Below the pieces are notes generated by a model. That model made no database searches, was not told where the DNA came from, and worked only from the letters and a program-made list of their open reading frames with translations. A program made the translations under genes and the position numbers. Source: Podarcis pityusensis (Eukaryota). From it: a DNA stretch of 64,000 nucleotides. Location of the stretch: the NCBI GenBank assembly GCA_964106645.2, contig OZ067038.1. One strand, given 5' to 3'. Of the stretch, positions 1 through 26,223 are shown piece by piece; within the stretch, counting starts at the first letter, position 1; every line of letters starts with the position of its first letter.

Positions 1-199
1 ACAACGTCTGGAGGGTGCCACATAGGCTTGGGAAACACAAAAAATGCTCTTGGTATGAATACACCCACCAAATAAATCTTGGCCCAGGGAAACCCAGATT
101 CTGCAATCAGAATATATTGTGCACATTTAATATATGGCATAATTAGCATGATTCTGCCTGAACATTTAGGATTTATGGTAAAGTAAAGAATGTCAAAAA

Positions 200-556
200 G
201 GGACGTGGGTGGCACTGTGGGTTAAACCACAGAACCTAGGACTTGCTGATCAGAAGGCCGGTGGTTCGAATCCCCGCGACAGGGTGAGCGCCCGTTGCTC
301 GCTCCCTGCTCCTGCCAACCTAGCAGTTCAAAAGCACGTCAAAGTGCAAGTAGATAAATAGGTATCGCTCCAGCGGGAAGGTAAATGGCGTTTCTGTGCG
401 CTGCTCTGGTTCGCCAGAAGCGGCTTAGTCCTGCTGGCTACATGACCCGGAAGCTGTACGCCGGCTCCCTCAGCCAATAAAGCGAGATGAGCGCCGCAAC
501 CCCAGAGGCAGTCACGACTGTAGCTAATGGTCAGGGGTCCCTTTACCTTTACCTTT
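200..556 (+). mobile_element. Sauria SINE, full length
   Basis: tRNA-like head with B-box GGTTCGAATCC and (ACCTTT)n tail. Degenerate TSD aaagaatgtcaaaa (185-198) / aaagaacgtcagaa (557-570). Homologous to the copy at 33431-33778. Confidence 0.85.
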
Positions 557-1148
557 AAAGAACGTCAGAAGGCAATGAAACAAAGCAGATTTGGCTATTA
601 AGATAGCCAACAGGGCAAAAGAAACCAAAGGAATGGTAGATGCGGCTTGAGATCCAGAAAAGGAAATAAGATGCTGTCCCCTGAAAAACAGAAGTCATAT
701 ATTTTCTGAGGATGAGAAGTAATGTATGCTCAAAGTAGCAAATTATATGCTTGTGCCACAAGAAGCATGGAAGATGCACAACCTTTATTTCAGAGCCCTA
801 GAGCTGTAACTCTTGCTTCTACTCTTTCATTCCACATCCTCTTTGTCATACCATATATGTGGTCTGTAACAGATCATCCAGTGACATCCTTAGCAGAAGT
901 GGTTTTTTTTAATGTTTGGAAATTACTAATTCTTGAATTGCCTTTCACATGAGTCTCAAGACATTTTACAAGCATACAATAAAACTACCAAACTTATTTT
1001 TTTTTAAAGCACCAAAAACAAATAAGATTCAAAAACAATATTTGAAAATATCCTTGTTGCTTCTCGGTTAGCTCAGAGATGGCATATTTGAAACTGCTGA
1101 GTAGAACAGTGTTAAATGTGGAATATATTCTTGTCTTCAACTCCGCAG

Positions 1149-13682
<12,534 letters not shown>

Positions 13683-16600
13683 AGCACACAATGAGACGCT
13701 TGTCCCTCCTCTGTCACCTTTCGCACTGATGAGATAGGATCTTGCCCGCAATTCCAGGAGGAACTCAAAAGAGACTTGCCTCTGTGTCACACAGAGCCCA
13801 GAGACTTTCTGAGAGGAGCCTGAGCTTAAAACTGCCTTTGTGGCAGGTGGGAGACAACCTAGAGACTCTTGGCTCACTGTTCATTGATGTTTATTTATAT
13901 GTCCCCTTTTGCTAGAAGCTGTGGTGTTGAATTCAGCAGCAGCTTTCCCAGCTGTGTCTGATGCAGCTTTCATTCGGTCTAGTGCACCAGCTAGCCATGG
14001 ACTCCAACGCCACCAGGGAGGGATGAGTGTTTCCGAAGTTCCCTGCTCCTGATACTACTACCTTTCTTCAGAGTCTGTTGGCACTAACTAGGTTTTGCAC
14101 TGCGCTCTTTCTGCCTTAAATGAAAGGGTTTGGGGCCAGGTAGAAGTGCCTGAAGTGAGAAAGGTGATGTAACAGCGGGTCACTTTTGCAGATACTTGTG
14201 TGGGGAGAGCAAACGACAGTTGTAACTTCACTGGAAGGGGCACTAAATTACCATGACCATCTTTTTTTAAGCTGTGGGGAAACACCTGTGAAATCCAAGC
14301 TAGGGTGTCAGGAGTTCAGAGGGCAAAGCATTTGAGTCTGTTGCTGGCAACAGAGTTTGCTCCTGCCACAGTTCAGTGTGGCACAATGCCCACTCCCTTC
14401 CTAAAACATACTTCTGGTTTTTTCAGATTGAACTTAACACATCTGTTCCCTGGAGGGACGACTCGCTGTTTTTATTGCACTTCCCATTAGCTTTGACGTC
14501 CGAGGAAAGCGCCGGGTGCAATGGTATTTTATCATAACCTTCCTTAGTTAGTCAAGTCACAGGCCCATCCTGTGGAAATGTGTGCTACTGAAAACAACGT
14601 TAGCCTGTGGAACACAAGTGGGCAATATGTTTTATTTGTTTGTCTGTTTTGGAAATGGAGTATAATTGGTCAGCGGGTGTACCTGAAACATCAGGTGCAA
14701 GTTCCAGCTCCAACATGCTGCTGGACAAACCCAGTAGGGGACATTTTCTAAGCCTTTTCTTGCCAGCGTTTCTGATTGGAAGTTCTGGGAGGATGGGTCT
14801 GCTCGCACCTTCTTCTAGGATCTGCTGTGTGGGTTGAGTAGTGTGGTGTCAAAAAGTGGGTGTGTGCAATTTGAGAGATGATGAATGTGTGTGGCTAGGC
14901 AAAGGCAGGCAGATGGGGAGTCAGGCAGGGCACCAGAACTGTTTGACTGTATAAAGCGCCTTTCCTCCTCAATGCAACTAGGTTAAGATTTCCTTTCTAT
15001 GAAGGGAGAACCAAGGCTAAGAAATGGCCTTTTCAAAATGTTTTGCAGGTGGTGGTTTGTGCAACCAAACACTTCCTCCACCAGCTCCAGACATGATTTG
15101 GCAAGATAGCACTTACATTGAGGAAAGTCCTATTCAGAGCTGATAACCACATTATTTATTCTCTGGGAATATGCACCACTATCCTCTCACCTTGCTCCTG
15201 CAAGTGCCTCTCTTGTGATTAGCGCATGATGTATAGACTCTGCTTGTGTGAGTGTGACACTCTGACGAGCAGCACAGGTTCCCTGTGGCTAAACAGTTAC
15301 GTGATCTGATTGCTTCCTCTCATCTAGTCCAAGCAGGGAGCGCGCAAGCATTAAAAAAACCAGCGATCCAACTCTAGCAACCTGCCCCCTTGCAGCTTTC
15401 CCTCTATAACAGGTCTATATTTCCGTCAACAAGGCAACCCTCCCCCTTATGTGTCTTGTTGAGTTAAATATGTTATTGCACACCTAAAACCGTGATACAT
15501 GAATATGACAATTGTGCATTTTTAATCGCATTCATTGAAGGAGTCCATGCACAAGAAAGCTAGGGTGGGTGATGCATTTGTACAGTGGCAATTGTGTTGG
15601 TTGCTGCGTAGTGTGTGGAGCAGTTATAAGTAGTGCATCTTTGTCACAGACACCTTTTCCTTCCAGATGGTCCACAGCAGACATGTCATGCTTCTGCCTG
15701 TTCCCTCTACCATCTCCATCCCTGCTTACCTCTGCTATTTCCATCATGTTTCTTTACATTTGCTGCTGATCCTCTGTTGCCTTCGCCCACACATATTGGG
15801 CATGTTTGCACACACTCAGTATTGTAAAAACAAAACAGTGGAATTTTGGGTTGCAGCAGGAACGGTGCAAGCCAGTCATGGTGCAAGATCGGCATTCCTG
15901 ACAATTAACCCCAACCTTTCCCAACTTGTAGCCGGGAAAACCTCTTGCTTTCTCATCTTGAGGAAGGTATAAATTTAAATTATTTTGGGAGCCGAGTTTT
16001 GTATTTCAAGGAAATATGCATAAAGCTCTACTTCTGCAGCATCACACAGCAAAATCAACCTGTGCTTAAAGGTTTCAGTACTGTGAGCAAGTCTTTCTAG
16101 GACATGTTTATATTCTTCCATCAAAGACTCTCTCGTTCTGACTGTCCAACCTCAGAACTGTTTTCCTATTTTACCTGCTATTGCTCTCTCTTCCTTTTAT
16201 TTGCATGTCATTTATTGTGCTTTGCTCTCATAGCTGTCCTTGTGAACTAAGAGTTGCATTCATTGCTTTCTCTGCATCAGCAGAAAAGACTTTTCTCTGT
16301 GCAATAAGACTTCACTTCCCTCTCTTCACCCTTGCATCCACTCAAAATCTGCTCCAGAGTTTGGGGGGATGTGGGGACTGTGGGAGACGAGAGAAGAATG
16401 TGAAGTTCTGTTATGCGAGCAGAAGTCCATTTGTGCAGTGTTGGATTCCACCCCAAGTCTCTCATACTTTCATAGAGATCCATGTATTGAACCACACCAG
16501 CTCTTGTGCCTACATTCATAAGTCCATAAGTGACTTCCACCCCCACTGTGGTGTTTTACCATATTCTCTGCATTCTCTTCCTTCAGCCGTTATTTTCCAT

Positions 16601-18630
16601 TGGCATCTGATTCTGACCCATCCGAAAAGATAGAACTTGAGGATCGAAAATGTAAAAACGGCAGCTTAAAGTCCAAATTAAACCAATTAGTTGTATTTAT
16701 GTTATTAAAATCGCTCATCTACAGGAGCCATCCACACTAGGCTCGCTTTATTTTGGGGGAGTCTGGTGAGGGGAGACAAAACAAACAAGCAAACCCTGTA
16801 AAAGACAATGTGGAGAGCACTTGCAGGAAGGCAAACAGTTACACACCCTGCCTAGCCCCACTGATGTTCTCTTGAAAAGGCAGTAGCATGACAAGGGACT
16901 TTGGCTTGAGGAGATCTCGTTTACATCAGTTACATCAATTTCATGGGCCGTGAAATGGTAATATGAACATGGGCAAAGTCAAGCATAGCCCTTTTGAAAA
17001 AGACAGCACTGGAGATCACATTGTGCTAGTTGTATCCTGGTGCCTTTTGTAGGAGGCTGGACTAGATCACTCTGAGATCCCTTGCTGTTGTGCATCCCTA
17101 TGAAAAGTTGGTTAGAGCTGGGGCTTGGAGCAATGTTGTTATTAGGCTTTCCCTCTACTTCCAGGGGAATATATTAGATTTTAATTTAAATATATTTATT
17201 TGGGTCTGCTCCAATGAAGCTTCATCAGGCTGAAGATGAGGAAGACAAGTCTCAGCAAGATCTGTGGGGGTAGGGTAGCCCTGCTGCTGAAACCATGGAC
17301 AAAATTAAGGCCATGTGCATTTGAAAAAAGAGTTTAGGAAAGCTGAAGCCAGGCACCTGGCACTGATGAGGGCCACCAGGCCAGGGTGAAGTGTTCAATA
17401 TAGGAAGTTGCAATTAGAAAAAACAATATTAAAAATGGAGGCTGGGAAATAATTGAAAAATACTTGTCCTCTTACAAGTTCAGTAAATTAACAGAGAGAA
17501 TGCCACTGCCACTAATGTCTCCCCTTGTCTTTCTGCAACTTTTTATTGCACATTCCAGTCTACATAATGACCTCCTTTCTCAAACCCCTTCCCTTGACCC
17601 ATCTGACCCCTAGCGGCCCTCATAATGGCTGCAGAAGATTGGAAGAATGGTACCTACAGCTTTACTCCTACTTGTGAAGTAAGCAGCGATGAGATGCGCA
17701 AGCAGCCTTTGGCCAATGCTGCTGGTTATATGGGACTCTTCACTGTCAATGCTGATGAAGCAAAGTCTCATTGCACTTGGACTTTGCAGAATGTGGAAAG
17801 CCAGAAGTGGGGACAATCTTGTGAGCACTGATTATGTAAAAAGAACATCCTGCCTCTGTCTGTCTTGAGCTGTTGGCAGCAATTTCCCTACCTTTCTGTG
17901 TAATGGTTTTAAATGTTACTCACTGGAGAGATTGGATTTCCCCTTTCCCCCCAAGTTATTTAACTACTATGCTCAGTATTTTAGGTTTGATGATAATTTA
18001 ATATAAATTTAGCTTTTCTTAATCGCTCTGCTGGACTTGTGAGTTGTGAATCACAAATGCTACCCAAACAGGCTACATGAAGGCTCATCTCGTTGGAAGA
18101 AGCGACAGAGTTGGGACCAGAGCAGACAGATCCCATCACACTCTCACCTTTGAAGCAACAACTGGTTTAGGATTTGGGTGAAAGCAGGGGAATGGGAATT
18201 AACTGTTACGAATATTACATATGGCAGGTTATGGCACTGCCAAGGACTAACGCCAGAAATGTCTGAAGCTCAAATTAGTAGGTCTGCTGCTTGCTTCCCT
18301 CTGGTATTAACTTGGCATTTCATAGAGCCTATTACGACCCCATGAAGCTTAGAGGGTTTTTGCATTTCTCATCCTGGCAATTTAAATGTTTACAAATGAA
18401 TCGCTTAGAATGTACACACTTCTGCTTCTTGTCCCTTACATTTCTGTGCTTCCCTTTTAGTTCAGTGTGTGTCCCTGTTTCTCAATATACTGATTGATCC
18501 CAGAATCATGAGTCATAAATCAAACCAAATTGAAAGTTTACAGTGCTTTACTACATTTCTAGATGAGCAGATTACAATAATTCAAAACGTGAAATGATTC
18601 TTACAAATAAAATGATAACTTACAGAATAA
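13683..18630 (+). other. LRP4: Probable long LRP4 3'UTR (end uncertain)
   Basis: Follows the stop codon and is largely repeat-poor. First canonical AATAAA I noticed is at 18606-18611; ATTAAA variants occur near 15350, 16680 and 16704. Confidence 0.45.
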
Positions 18631-18639
18631 TGACTAATT

Positions 18640-21600
18640 ACCTTATTAGCTTCCTTAACAAATCTAAACACTAGTCTAATTTAAAAATAATTACTAACCA
18701 AAGTTTGTAGCTAGTTAGAAAATTAATTTCTATTAACCTGGCCAAGATTGTTCCTAGTTACACACTCCACAGCTGGTATTGATGTAGAGAAGTCATTTTT
18801 AGTCCAGAAGCAATTATTTGACCATTTTGGGGTCCATTCTATTAATGGACAAAATTATGACTTACAGCTTCAGACTTTAAACATCAAGTACCTAACTGCC
18901 CCAGACTAATTTTGTGGATATGATGACACCTGCAGCTGCATCCATAACTTGATGGCTTTTCCCCATCTGCTGGTGGTCAGCTTTGACCTTGGCAATGGTG
19001 CCTTTGGCATGACTTTTCTGTCCTGCCTTGCACCCCGTTTCTCAAGTGTAGATGTAAAATAATGTTCCCCCAAAGTTCAATATATCAGTAAATCAGCCAT
19101 GTACCTTCTGTGCAGTGACAACCAAAGAGGCTTTGTGTTCAAATGGGAGCAGTTTCATCTTCTGAAGGCCAGCCTAAAAATCATATTTCCAGCACTTGAC
19201 ATCTAGCCTACATTCATCCTTAGATCTATATATTTCCTCACAGCAAGGTAGCATAGATAATGACAGCATATATATTTCAAAAATAGCAAAAATATGTGCC
19301 CCAAGCAGCATAAAATATGGTGATGCATCATGTAAGACCCTTGGGATAAATAGCAAACATGATACAACAAGACACATCACATACAGACACTGGCACAAAA
19401 AAAACTATAAGCATGGTTTATATGCAGCAGATTCCTTCATTGGCCCTGTAAGAAGTATATGATCAGTATTCACAAAGGGCAAGTTGCAGTGTAAAAAATC
19501 ACAGTATCATTTATAAAAATGTCCTCATTTTGCATTGATAGCCTTACGGTCAGATGTGGAAGACATTTTTATTAACATTATTTAGCCTGCATTTCCATCT
19601 ACACACAAGAACCTCAAGACTTAAGCTTTTGTGTAGCTGCAAAAAGAACACTTGGTATCATTGGACTTTATTGGACTTTTCATTATTGTAGTTAATAAGT
19701 TTACTTACTGGGTATCAGATGAGAGGAATGTATTTCTCATGCCTGAGTATTCTTAATTTACTCTATAACATACAGCCATCTTAAAACGTTATAATCACTA
19801 AAAAAAGAAAAAGAAGATTTGGTTTACTCTTCTTAGCCTGCATATAAATCTTGAAATACCAACTCTGTACCCTTTGCAAGAGTATTAAAATAGAAACAAC
19901 AGTGGACTTTTCCCGTGCTGCTTAGGGATCTGCATATCATTATCCAATGAGTTACAGATATTAGAAATAACTTCTTTTCTCCAAGAGGAGAAAGGAAAAG
20001 AATGCAAATATCCTCATACTTGCTTGGTTGTCCCATTCCCTAGTAGAGTGGATAAGAATATTTCTTATACATACATATTGAAATAACTTTGGTTACTTCC
20101 ATGTGCATGAATATGGACTATATGAGCAAAAATTCTGAATTATGCTGCTAGGTCATATAAACATTCTATTTAATTACAAACCAATATGTTTTTGTTGTTA
20201 TAAAAACCAGATAGAATCCATGTTTGTTTAGGAAATACATTAATTTCAAAATAGGAAGCTTGATTAAATCGCTCCATCCTTTTCCTTAACCACTGGGAAT
20301 GTGCTACTCCAAACACAAAGTGGAACTATCAGCATATAATTTTATGTAAGAACACTGGCGATTCACTTATGGTAAACCTTTTACATCGCTGGTTCGTGAA
20401 TGTGAAATGAGGAAACAGCAAAATGCTTCTTTCCAAACAGCAGGATTCAGCTGTGGGACTGGCAACGGTCCATTCCAGTTTGTCTAAAGGGGCTCATTGT
20501 TCTTGTATCTTGTTATATCATCCACATTCTGGCTGGAAGAAGAAGCTCTATTCATCCAGCTTTAGAAATTCTGCCATGGTTGACAAGGCTGTGCCTACCA
20601 CCTACCAAGCCAGTAATGGCAATTGCCAAACCACTTTACTTGGAGTAAACAGATTTGAATATTGGTACCAAGGAATCTTGAAGACTGTACTGTTCTTTCA
20701 TCTTCATATATCACCTTACTGTAAGATGAAGTTGAAAGTTAATGTAGTCAAATGGTGTTGAGTCTGTAAAGCATTTTATAGAATTGGAAACACAACAATT
20801 CACATCTGTACCAGGACTGCCTTACACTCAAAAATGTTCAGTACTAAAACAGGTGAGGCACCCATAACTACCTGATACAATTTCACTACAAGGCCAGAAG
20901 TAGGAGTAAAGATTGCCTGATGAGGTACATGTTAAATCAGAAGTCCTATTGTGTTCAACAGAATAACTGTATAGGACTGCAGTCTTAATGTGACACAATT
21001 GTAACATCTACGCAACATACACAAATGGCATATACAATTAGGGAAACTACAATGGGGAACTGCTCATGTATCACACTCTGAATTGCTTCATTAATTTTGG
21101 TATATACCAGTCTGCTATGGACTAAAAAATGCAAAGCAGGATCCACAAAGGAATATAATACATTTGTATCATTGCATACAATTATCTAATACCCTTCTAG
21201 AAGCTAAGGGAGACTCAGTACAGCCTAGATTCCTTCAAAGTAGTCCAAAAGAAATTGAATGCTAGAAGGCTCATAGACAGAAGTGTGTTTATTGTCTTGC
21301 CAATCAATCTTCTCTGTTCTTGAAGTCATACTCATTGTTAACTTACTGGTAAATACAAATAGCCTGGAGTCTTTCCAGCAAGGTGCCTCAACCCACCAGT
21401 CATGCCATAATCAACAGCTGATTCTGGTAAAAATGCCAACTCTTCATATAAAAAGTTTTGGTATCACCCATTTTGCTGAACTTTATCAATTAAATCTGAA
21501 TGTAAACATTCATGGGATAGAGGATATCCTTTTTAGAAACTGTTTTCGGAGTTGCTAATCTTAATTGCCTGCCCTAGGCTGATGATGGGCAACTGTTAAT

Positions 21601-23480
21601 TGATTACTACCTAGGGATTCAGAAAACAGCTAACTTTTACTTAATGGACCTAACTTAGTCATGTTGATTAATTTCTATGCTGAGTAAAACCTAGTGAAGA
21701 CCTCCCCCTAAGGTTAAGAGGCAACGAAAAATGTGTTAAAACAGAGTGGGTGCATGCCAATAGGAAGTGGCTTACTGCTTAATGGCATCCACTGAGTTCT
21801 ATGGGATAAAGTTCAAGGAGACAGCATTTCAACATTGGGATACACAGGGCATCCTTTATTTATCTCTGTCCCACAATGTCTCCTTTATTTGGGAATGGTG
21901 TCCATGATTAATCACTCGCTGGAATTCAGCATTTTATCACTTTATTATATAAAGAAGCAACAGGAACACATGAGTGTTTGTTTGCTTCTGGGATTGTAGT
22001 TCCATTTGTGTTTCACAAGCTGGTCTCTGACCATAATAAATTTCATGTACACGAGTGGGTGGGAGGAGAAGGAAGCAGGACACCTCTTTCCTTGGGCCCT
22101 CCTGAAAAAGGCCAGGAGACAGGAGAGGAAGAGGCGTGTTGCCTCCACTCCGGAGGCCTCGGAATAGCTTTTGGCTTAGAAGTGGTGGGAATTAGCAAGC
22201 TTTCAATTTTTTCAACACTGATCAGACCATAAAGAACAACACCTTCATTAGGGCGAAAAGAAGTGCAAGCTTTTGAGATCCTCAAGACCCTTCAGCAGGC
22301 TGGATGATCTGCAAAAAGAAATGGGGGAGAGGAGTGAAACGGATAACACTATGCATGCATGAGTAGGGCAGAGGATAAGTCACGTAGAGTTTTTAAGTAA
22401 ATGTGTATATGACTGCCACCTTAGGTTAGGCTGCATTTGGTGCAAAAATGACTAGGTTGCACCAAAGACAACTGTGAGAGTGAACCATACAAACCGAAAA
22501 ACTGCTAGTTCTTACTATTCTGCACCGGTAGCCTTTACTTCAACCTGAAAGCTTTTTGCACAAAGCAAAACTAGCCTAATTAGAACCCAATCCTATGCAC
22601 ATATTCTCTGAAGCAAGTGCTATTATGTTTAAGCAAGCTAGGATTGCTGTTTTAGTCAATGTAACATTTTAATGCTGTTTTAAAAATATTATTTTATTTA
22701 ACTTAATTATTACAAAATATAAGCAAAATATTGCAAATACATATATATTTCAGATAAACACACATATATAAAAAAGAACAAAAAGGAAAAAAGGAAGAAA
22801 AGAAAAAAAATGAGAAAAAGAAGAAAAGTTGGAAGAATTTCTTCCAAATTTATTCTACAAATATCTCAATAATAAAATTTCATTGATTGACTTCCATCGC
22901 TTACACTGCACTTCCTATATACATTTTAAGCAAGATTGTATCTGTTATTCCGTATTTTCCCCATACAATCTCACACAAATATTCTAATCCATAAATTTTC
23001 TAAATCTTTCATAAATCTATTCTAAACACAACCAATACCTCACACTTAATCTTTGTCTGTTTTAATTTGGCGGACTTTTTCATCATGTCCTCTCCTTGCC
23101 CCTTCATTTGCCTAATCCAATCAGATAAAATTCTCTTGAAGTTTAATCAACTGGAAAGCTTGCTCACTGCTCTGCGCTCTTTTATTGGCCCCAATACATT
23201 ATTACTCTTGTTATTTTTGGATCTCCCCCAATGAAACAACGTGACTGCCTACAGTTGTGGGCTTTTTAAAAAGGTCTTTGGAATCCACCCCTTCACTTCA
23301 GAGGAGGAAGGAAAGGTGAAGCAAGAATAAGAAAAGCATGGCCCCTGACAACGTCAACAGTCAGGACGAAAGAACCTGTCCGCCCTGATCTTATTATTCT
23401 GTCCTGATCGTCATTGTTGTGACGGAGACGGCAGAGGCGGTGTCTATCCAGCTGCTCTGCTTAAAAGACAGGAAGAATAT
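18640..23480 (-). other. Candidate minus-strand multi-exon transcript (antisense lncRNA or decayed gene), unidentified
   Basis: Minus-strand acceptor/donor pairs at 23168-23248, 22516-22544, about 22084-22308, 21347-21495, 20640-20718, about 20367-20532, 20020-20039 and 19105-19173. No intact spliced ORF found. Confidence 0.4.
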
Positions 23481-23660
23481 GGACTTCTCCGCTCGTCTCT
23501 TGATTGGCTGCTCGAATCTAGGAAAATGTCATCTGTGAAGCTTCCATTGGTCATCTTGCACCGTCACTCAAAGCCTAGACGCAGCTAGCATGGCAGAAGG
23601 CGGCAGAAGGAGTGCTCTTGAAAGACTGGGCAAAAGTGGCGAGAACTGAGCGGGTGCAAT
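23340..23660 (-). promoter_or_regulatory. Small CpG-enriched promoter-like region with two CCAAT boxes
   Basis: ATTGG at 23503-23507 and 23546-23550 (CCAAT on minus strand), TGACG half-CRE sites, local CpG enrichment. Confidence 0.45.
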
Positions 23661-25607
23661 AAGAGTATTCCACGATGTTTTATAGCAGAAATTGCTCGCC
23701 TTTGACCATCCAGGTGATGTTGAATGACACCTCCCAACATCCCTGACTGGCCATTAGCCATGCTGGCTGAGTCTAAGGGGGGAGGGGGGAGTCCGACAAT
23801 ATTATGTGGTTGATTTCTCTTTTACAGAACTAGAAGGTTCTTGTTCTTGTTGAAGCACATAACTCAGAATCTACTTTATATATCTTTTTCCAAAATATAT
23901 TTCCCATTAAAAGATCTCTTAATAAAGATGGCATGTCTTATTTTTAAAATAATGGATGTAAACAAACGAGAAGCAGCGCCAATGGCAGTGATTGCCTCGA
24001 AAATTATGTTTATGCATCGATACAACAATACCTTCTGCCTCCTTTCTACCTACGCATAACTGGGCAGCATCGAAGTGCGAGGTGTAAACTCTCCTGTCCC
24101 CAGGACTGAGCTATACAGCTGCAAATAAAACGTTTTAAGTGCAATATACAATGTGATATGATGTAAGGCGATGGTGAGCCTTATGGAAAATTCAATGTAT
24201 TAAAAAAAAACGCATTAAAAAACCACACAGTTTCAAAACGATTTTTATATGTGTGTAAATTCCACCAGGTTCACTTCTCTCCCATACCCCACCGCCTTTT
24301 CCATTTATTCCCTTGCTCTGCACACGTTGCATTTTGAATGTGAGTGTTCATGCATGCATGACACAGCAGTTCCATAAAGGAATAAGGGAAGGGGGACTGA
24401 ACAGAGAAGGAAAGACAGCTGAACAGAGCCACATGTGAGTGAACTAATGAGAGATTAGTAAGTGATGCCTCCAACGTTTGAGTGTAGGGATTTGGGAAAG
24501 CTGTGAACTAAAATTAAGGGGGGGGGGCACCCAAAGCAGCAGTTCTATGCAGACTTGGCAGTAAACTCCATTGAACCCAGTGGGACCGACTTCTGAGTAA
24601 ACCTGCAAACTAGGCTGACACACTTGTCATGCGCTCAACATCTCAGTACTGTGTCTAAACGGTTCAGAAAAAGAGGAAACATCTTATGACTTAAATTAAT
24701 TTTGGAGGAAATACAATAAACAAGGTGTATTTTGTTTTCACAATAATTAATGCAGATTATAAATATGGCTTTGTGCTTTCAGAGCAGGCGGTGGGAAGAG
24801 TTCCCTAAAAATAAATTCCATTGCTGCTTAAAATTTCAAAATACTTTTTTTCAGCCCTGATTTAAGATGTCTTCAAATCATGACAGATCTTATATATTAA
24901 CACACTTTCATTTTGTTTCCATGGTGTAGTAAAAAGTTGTGATTATTTTCCGAATCCTGTATTAAAGCTCTCTTTGACTTTCTGTGTTAACCTGGATTAA
25001 TTTGACACTCCAGTTGTGGAATGGCATCTTCCATTTCCAATCGATTTAACAGTACAGTAGTAGTAGTTCTCAGAGCGGTGAAGTTTCTGAAGGTCTGGTG
25101 CTTACCCAAGTTTAGTTCCATTTAGAATACTTTACTGGAGGCTCATTACCATTTTGTAGTATTTATGATTATATCCAAATATGCAGATGCACATTGACAA
25201 AGAAAGGTACTATCAACCGTGCCAGGATTATTAAGGCAGTCTCCAATTCCTTTTAACCCTCTTCTGTCCAAACTTCCAATAGTGCCTGTTGGTCTCTTAA
25301 AGTTTGTTGCATTGAATTAGCTTCTGCTGGTGAAATGTTTATGGTCTGAATTATGTTTGTCTTACCACTGTCTACTTGGTTATGCCCTCTGCGCGGACAG
25401 ACTCCTCTCCTATCTGGGGCTTGGCACACAAAGTGCCCCTATTTTTATCTGTGAAATGTTGTGAGAGTAAGCTTTAACTATTTAAGGAATAATCAAGAAG
25501 GCCTTTGCCCTCATTACTAAGACAACAACCAAGCACCACCCAGCTTCCTCCCAAAACTCCTGTGCCTTTTAGCAAATACACAACAGGCAGAAATACAAGG
25601 GGGGCAA

Positions 25608-26223
25608 GGAGCTTTCTCTGTTGCACCATCTCCATGCCAGAAAACACACAATCCGAACATCTGCCTGTCACGCACAGGGCTGGATTTAGGTTTGATGAGG
25701 CCCTAAGCTACTGAAGGTAATGGGGCCCTTTTTACGTCCAGCTGTCCTTTGTCAACAACAAATTGCCGCTGTTTTTTGTGTTGAATATATGCTATTTGGC
25801 AATTTATGGACCTAATAGGTATCTAAAGCCATTTGCACATAACAAAATATTAAAGTAATTGTTGAACTGAAATACAATTAAGAAGTATATTAATAGTGAA
25901 ATACAATTAAGTATATTAACAGTGAAATAATTATTAAGCTCTAACTTAAAATGTTTGGGGGCCCATTACTTACATCATAGGAGCTTACACAACACAAAAC
26001 ACTGTTGCTGTATGTAGGTTTTATTTTATTTTATTTTTATCTTATATTTTGGAAATGTACATCCAGTTTTCCCCCCCTTTACATTTTTTTGGGAGAGTGG
26101 GGCCCTAAGCTATAGCTTGTTTAGCTTATGTACGTAAATCCGGCAGTGGGGGGCGGGGAGCTTTCTCTGTTGCACCATCTCCATGCCAGAAAACGCACCA
26201 TCCGAACACCTGCCTGTCACGCA
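25608..26223 (+). repeat. 67-bp direct repeat pair (25608-25674 and 26157-26223) flanking the hAT-like element
   Basis: ggagctttctctgttgcaccatctccatgccagaaaac...ctgcctgtcacgca occurs twice with 3 mismatches. Confidence 0.9.
25675..26148. mobile_element. hAT-like non-autonomous DNA transposon
   Basis: Imperfect TIRs CAGGGCTGGATTTA / TAAATCCGGCAGTG; subterminal GGCCC motifs; AT-rich core with a short tandem repeat near 25870-25938. Confidence 0.65.

Noticed and set aside
21347-21495. In-frame TGA in a minus-strand exon-like unit, suggesting a selenoprotein
   Set aside because: Neighbouring units contain TAG/TAA stops and phase mismatches, there is no redox-motif context, and I could not identify a SECIS.
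22680-23050. A-rich/AT-rich block resembling an L1/Tx1 3' tail
   Set aside because: Low complexity with no coding remnant or TSD; family cannot be assigned.
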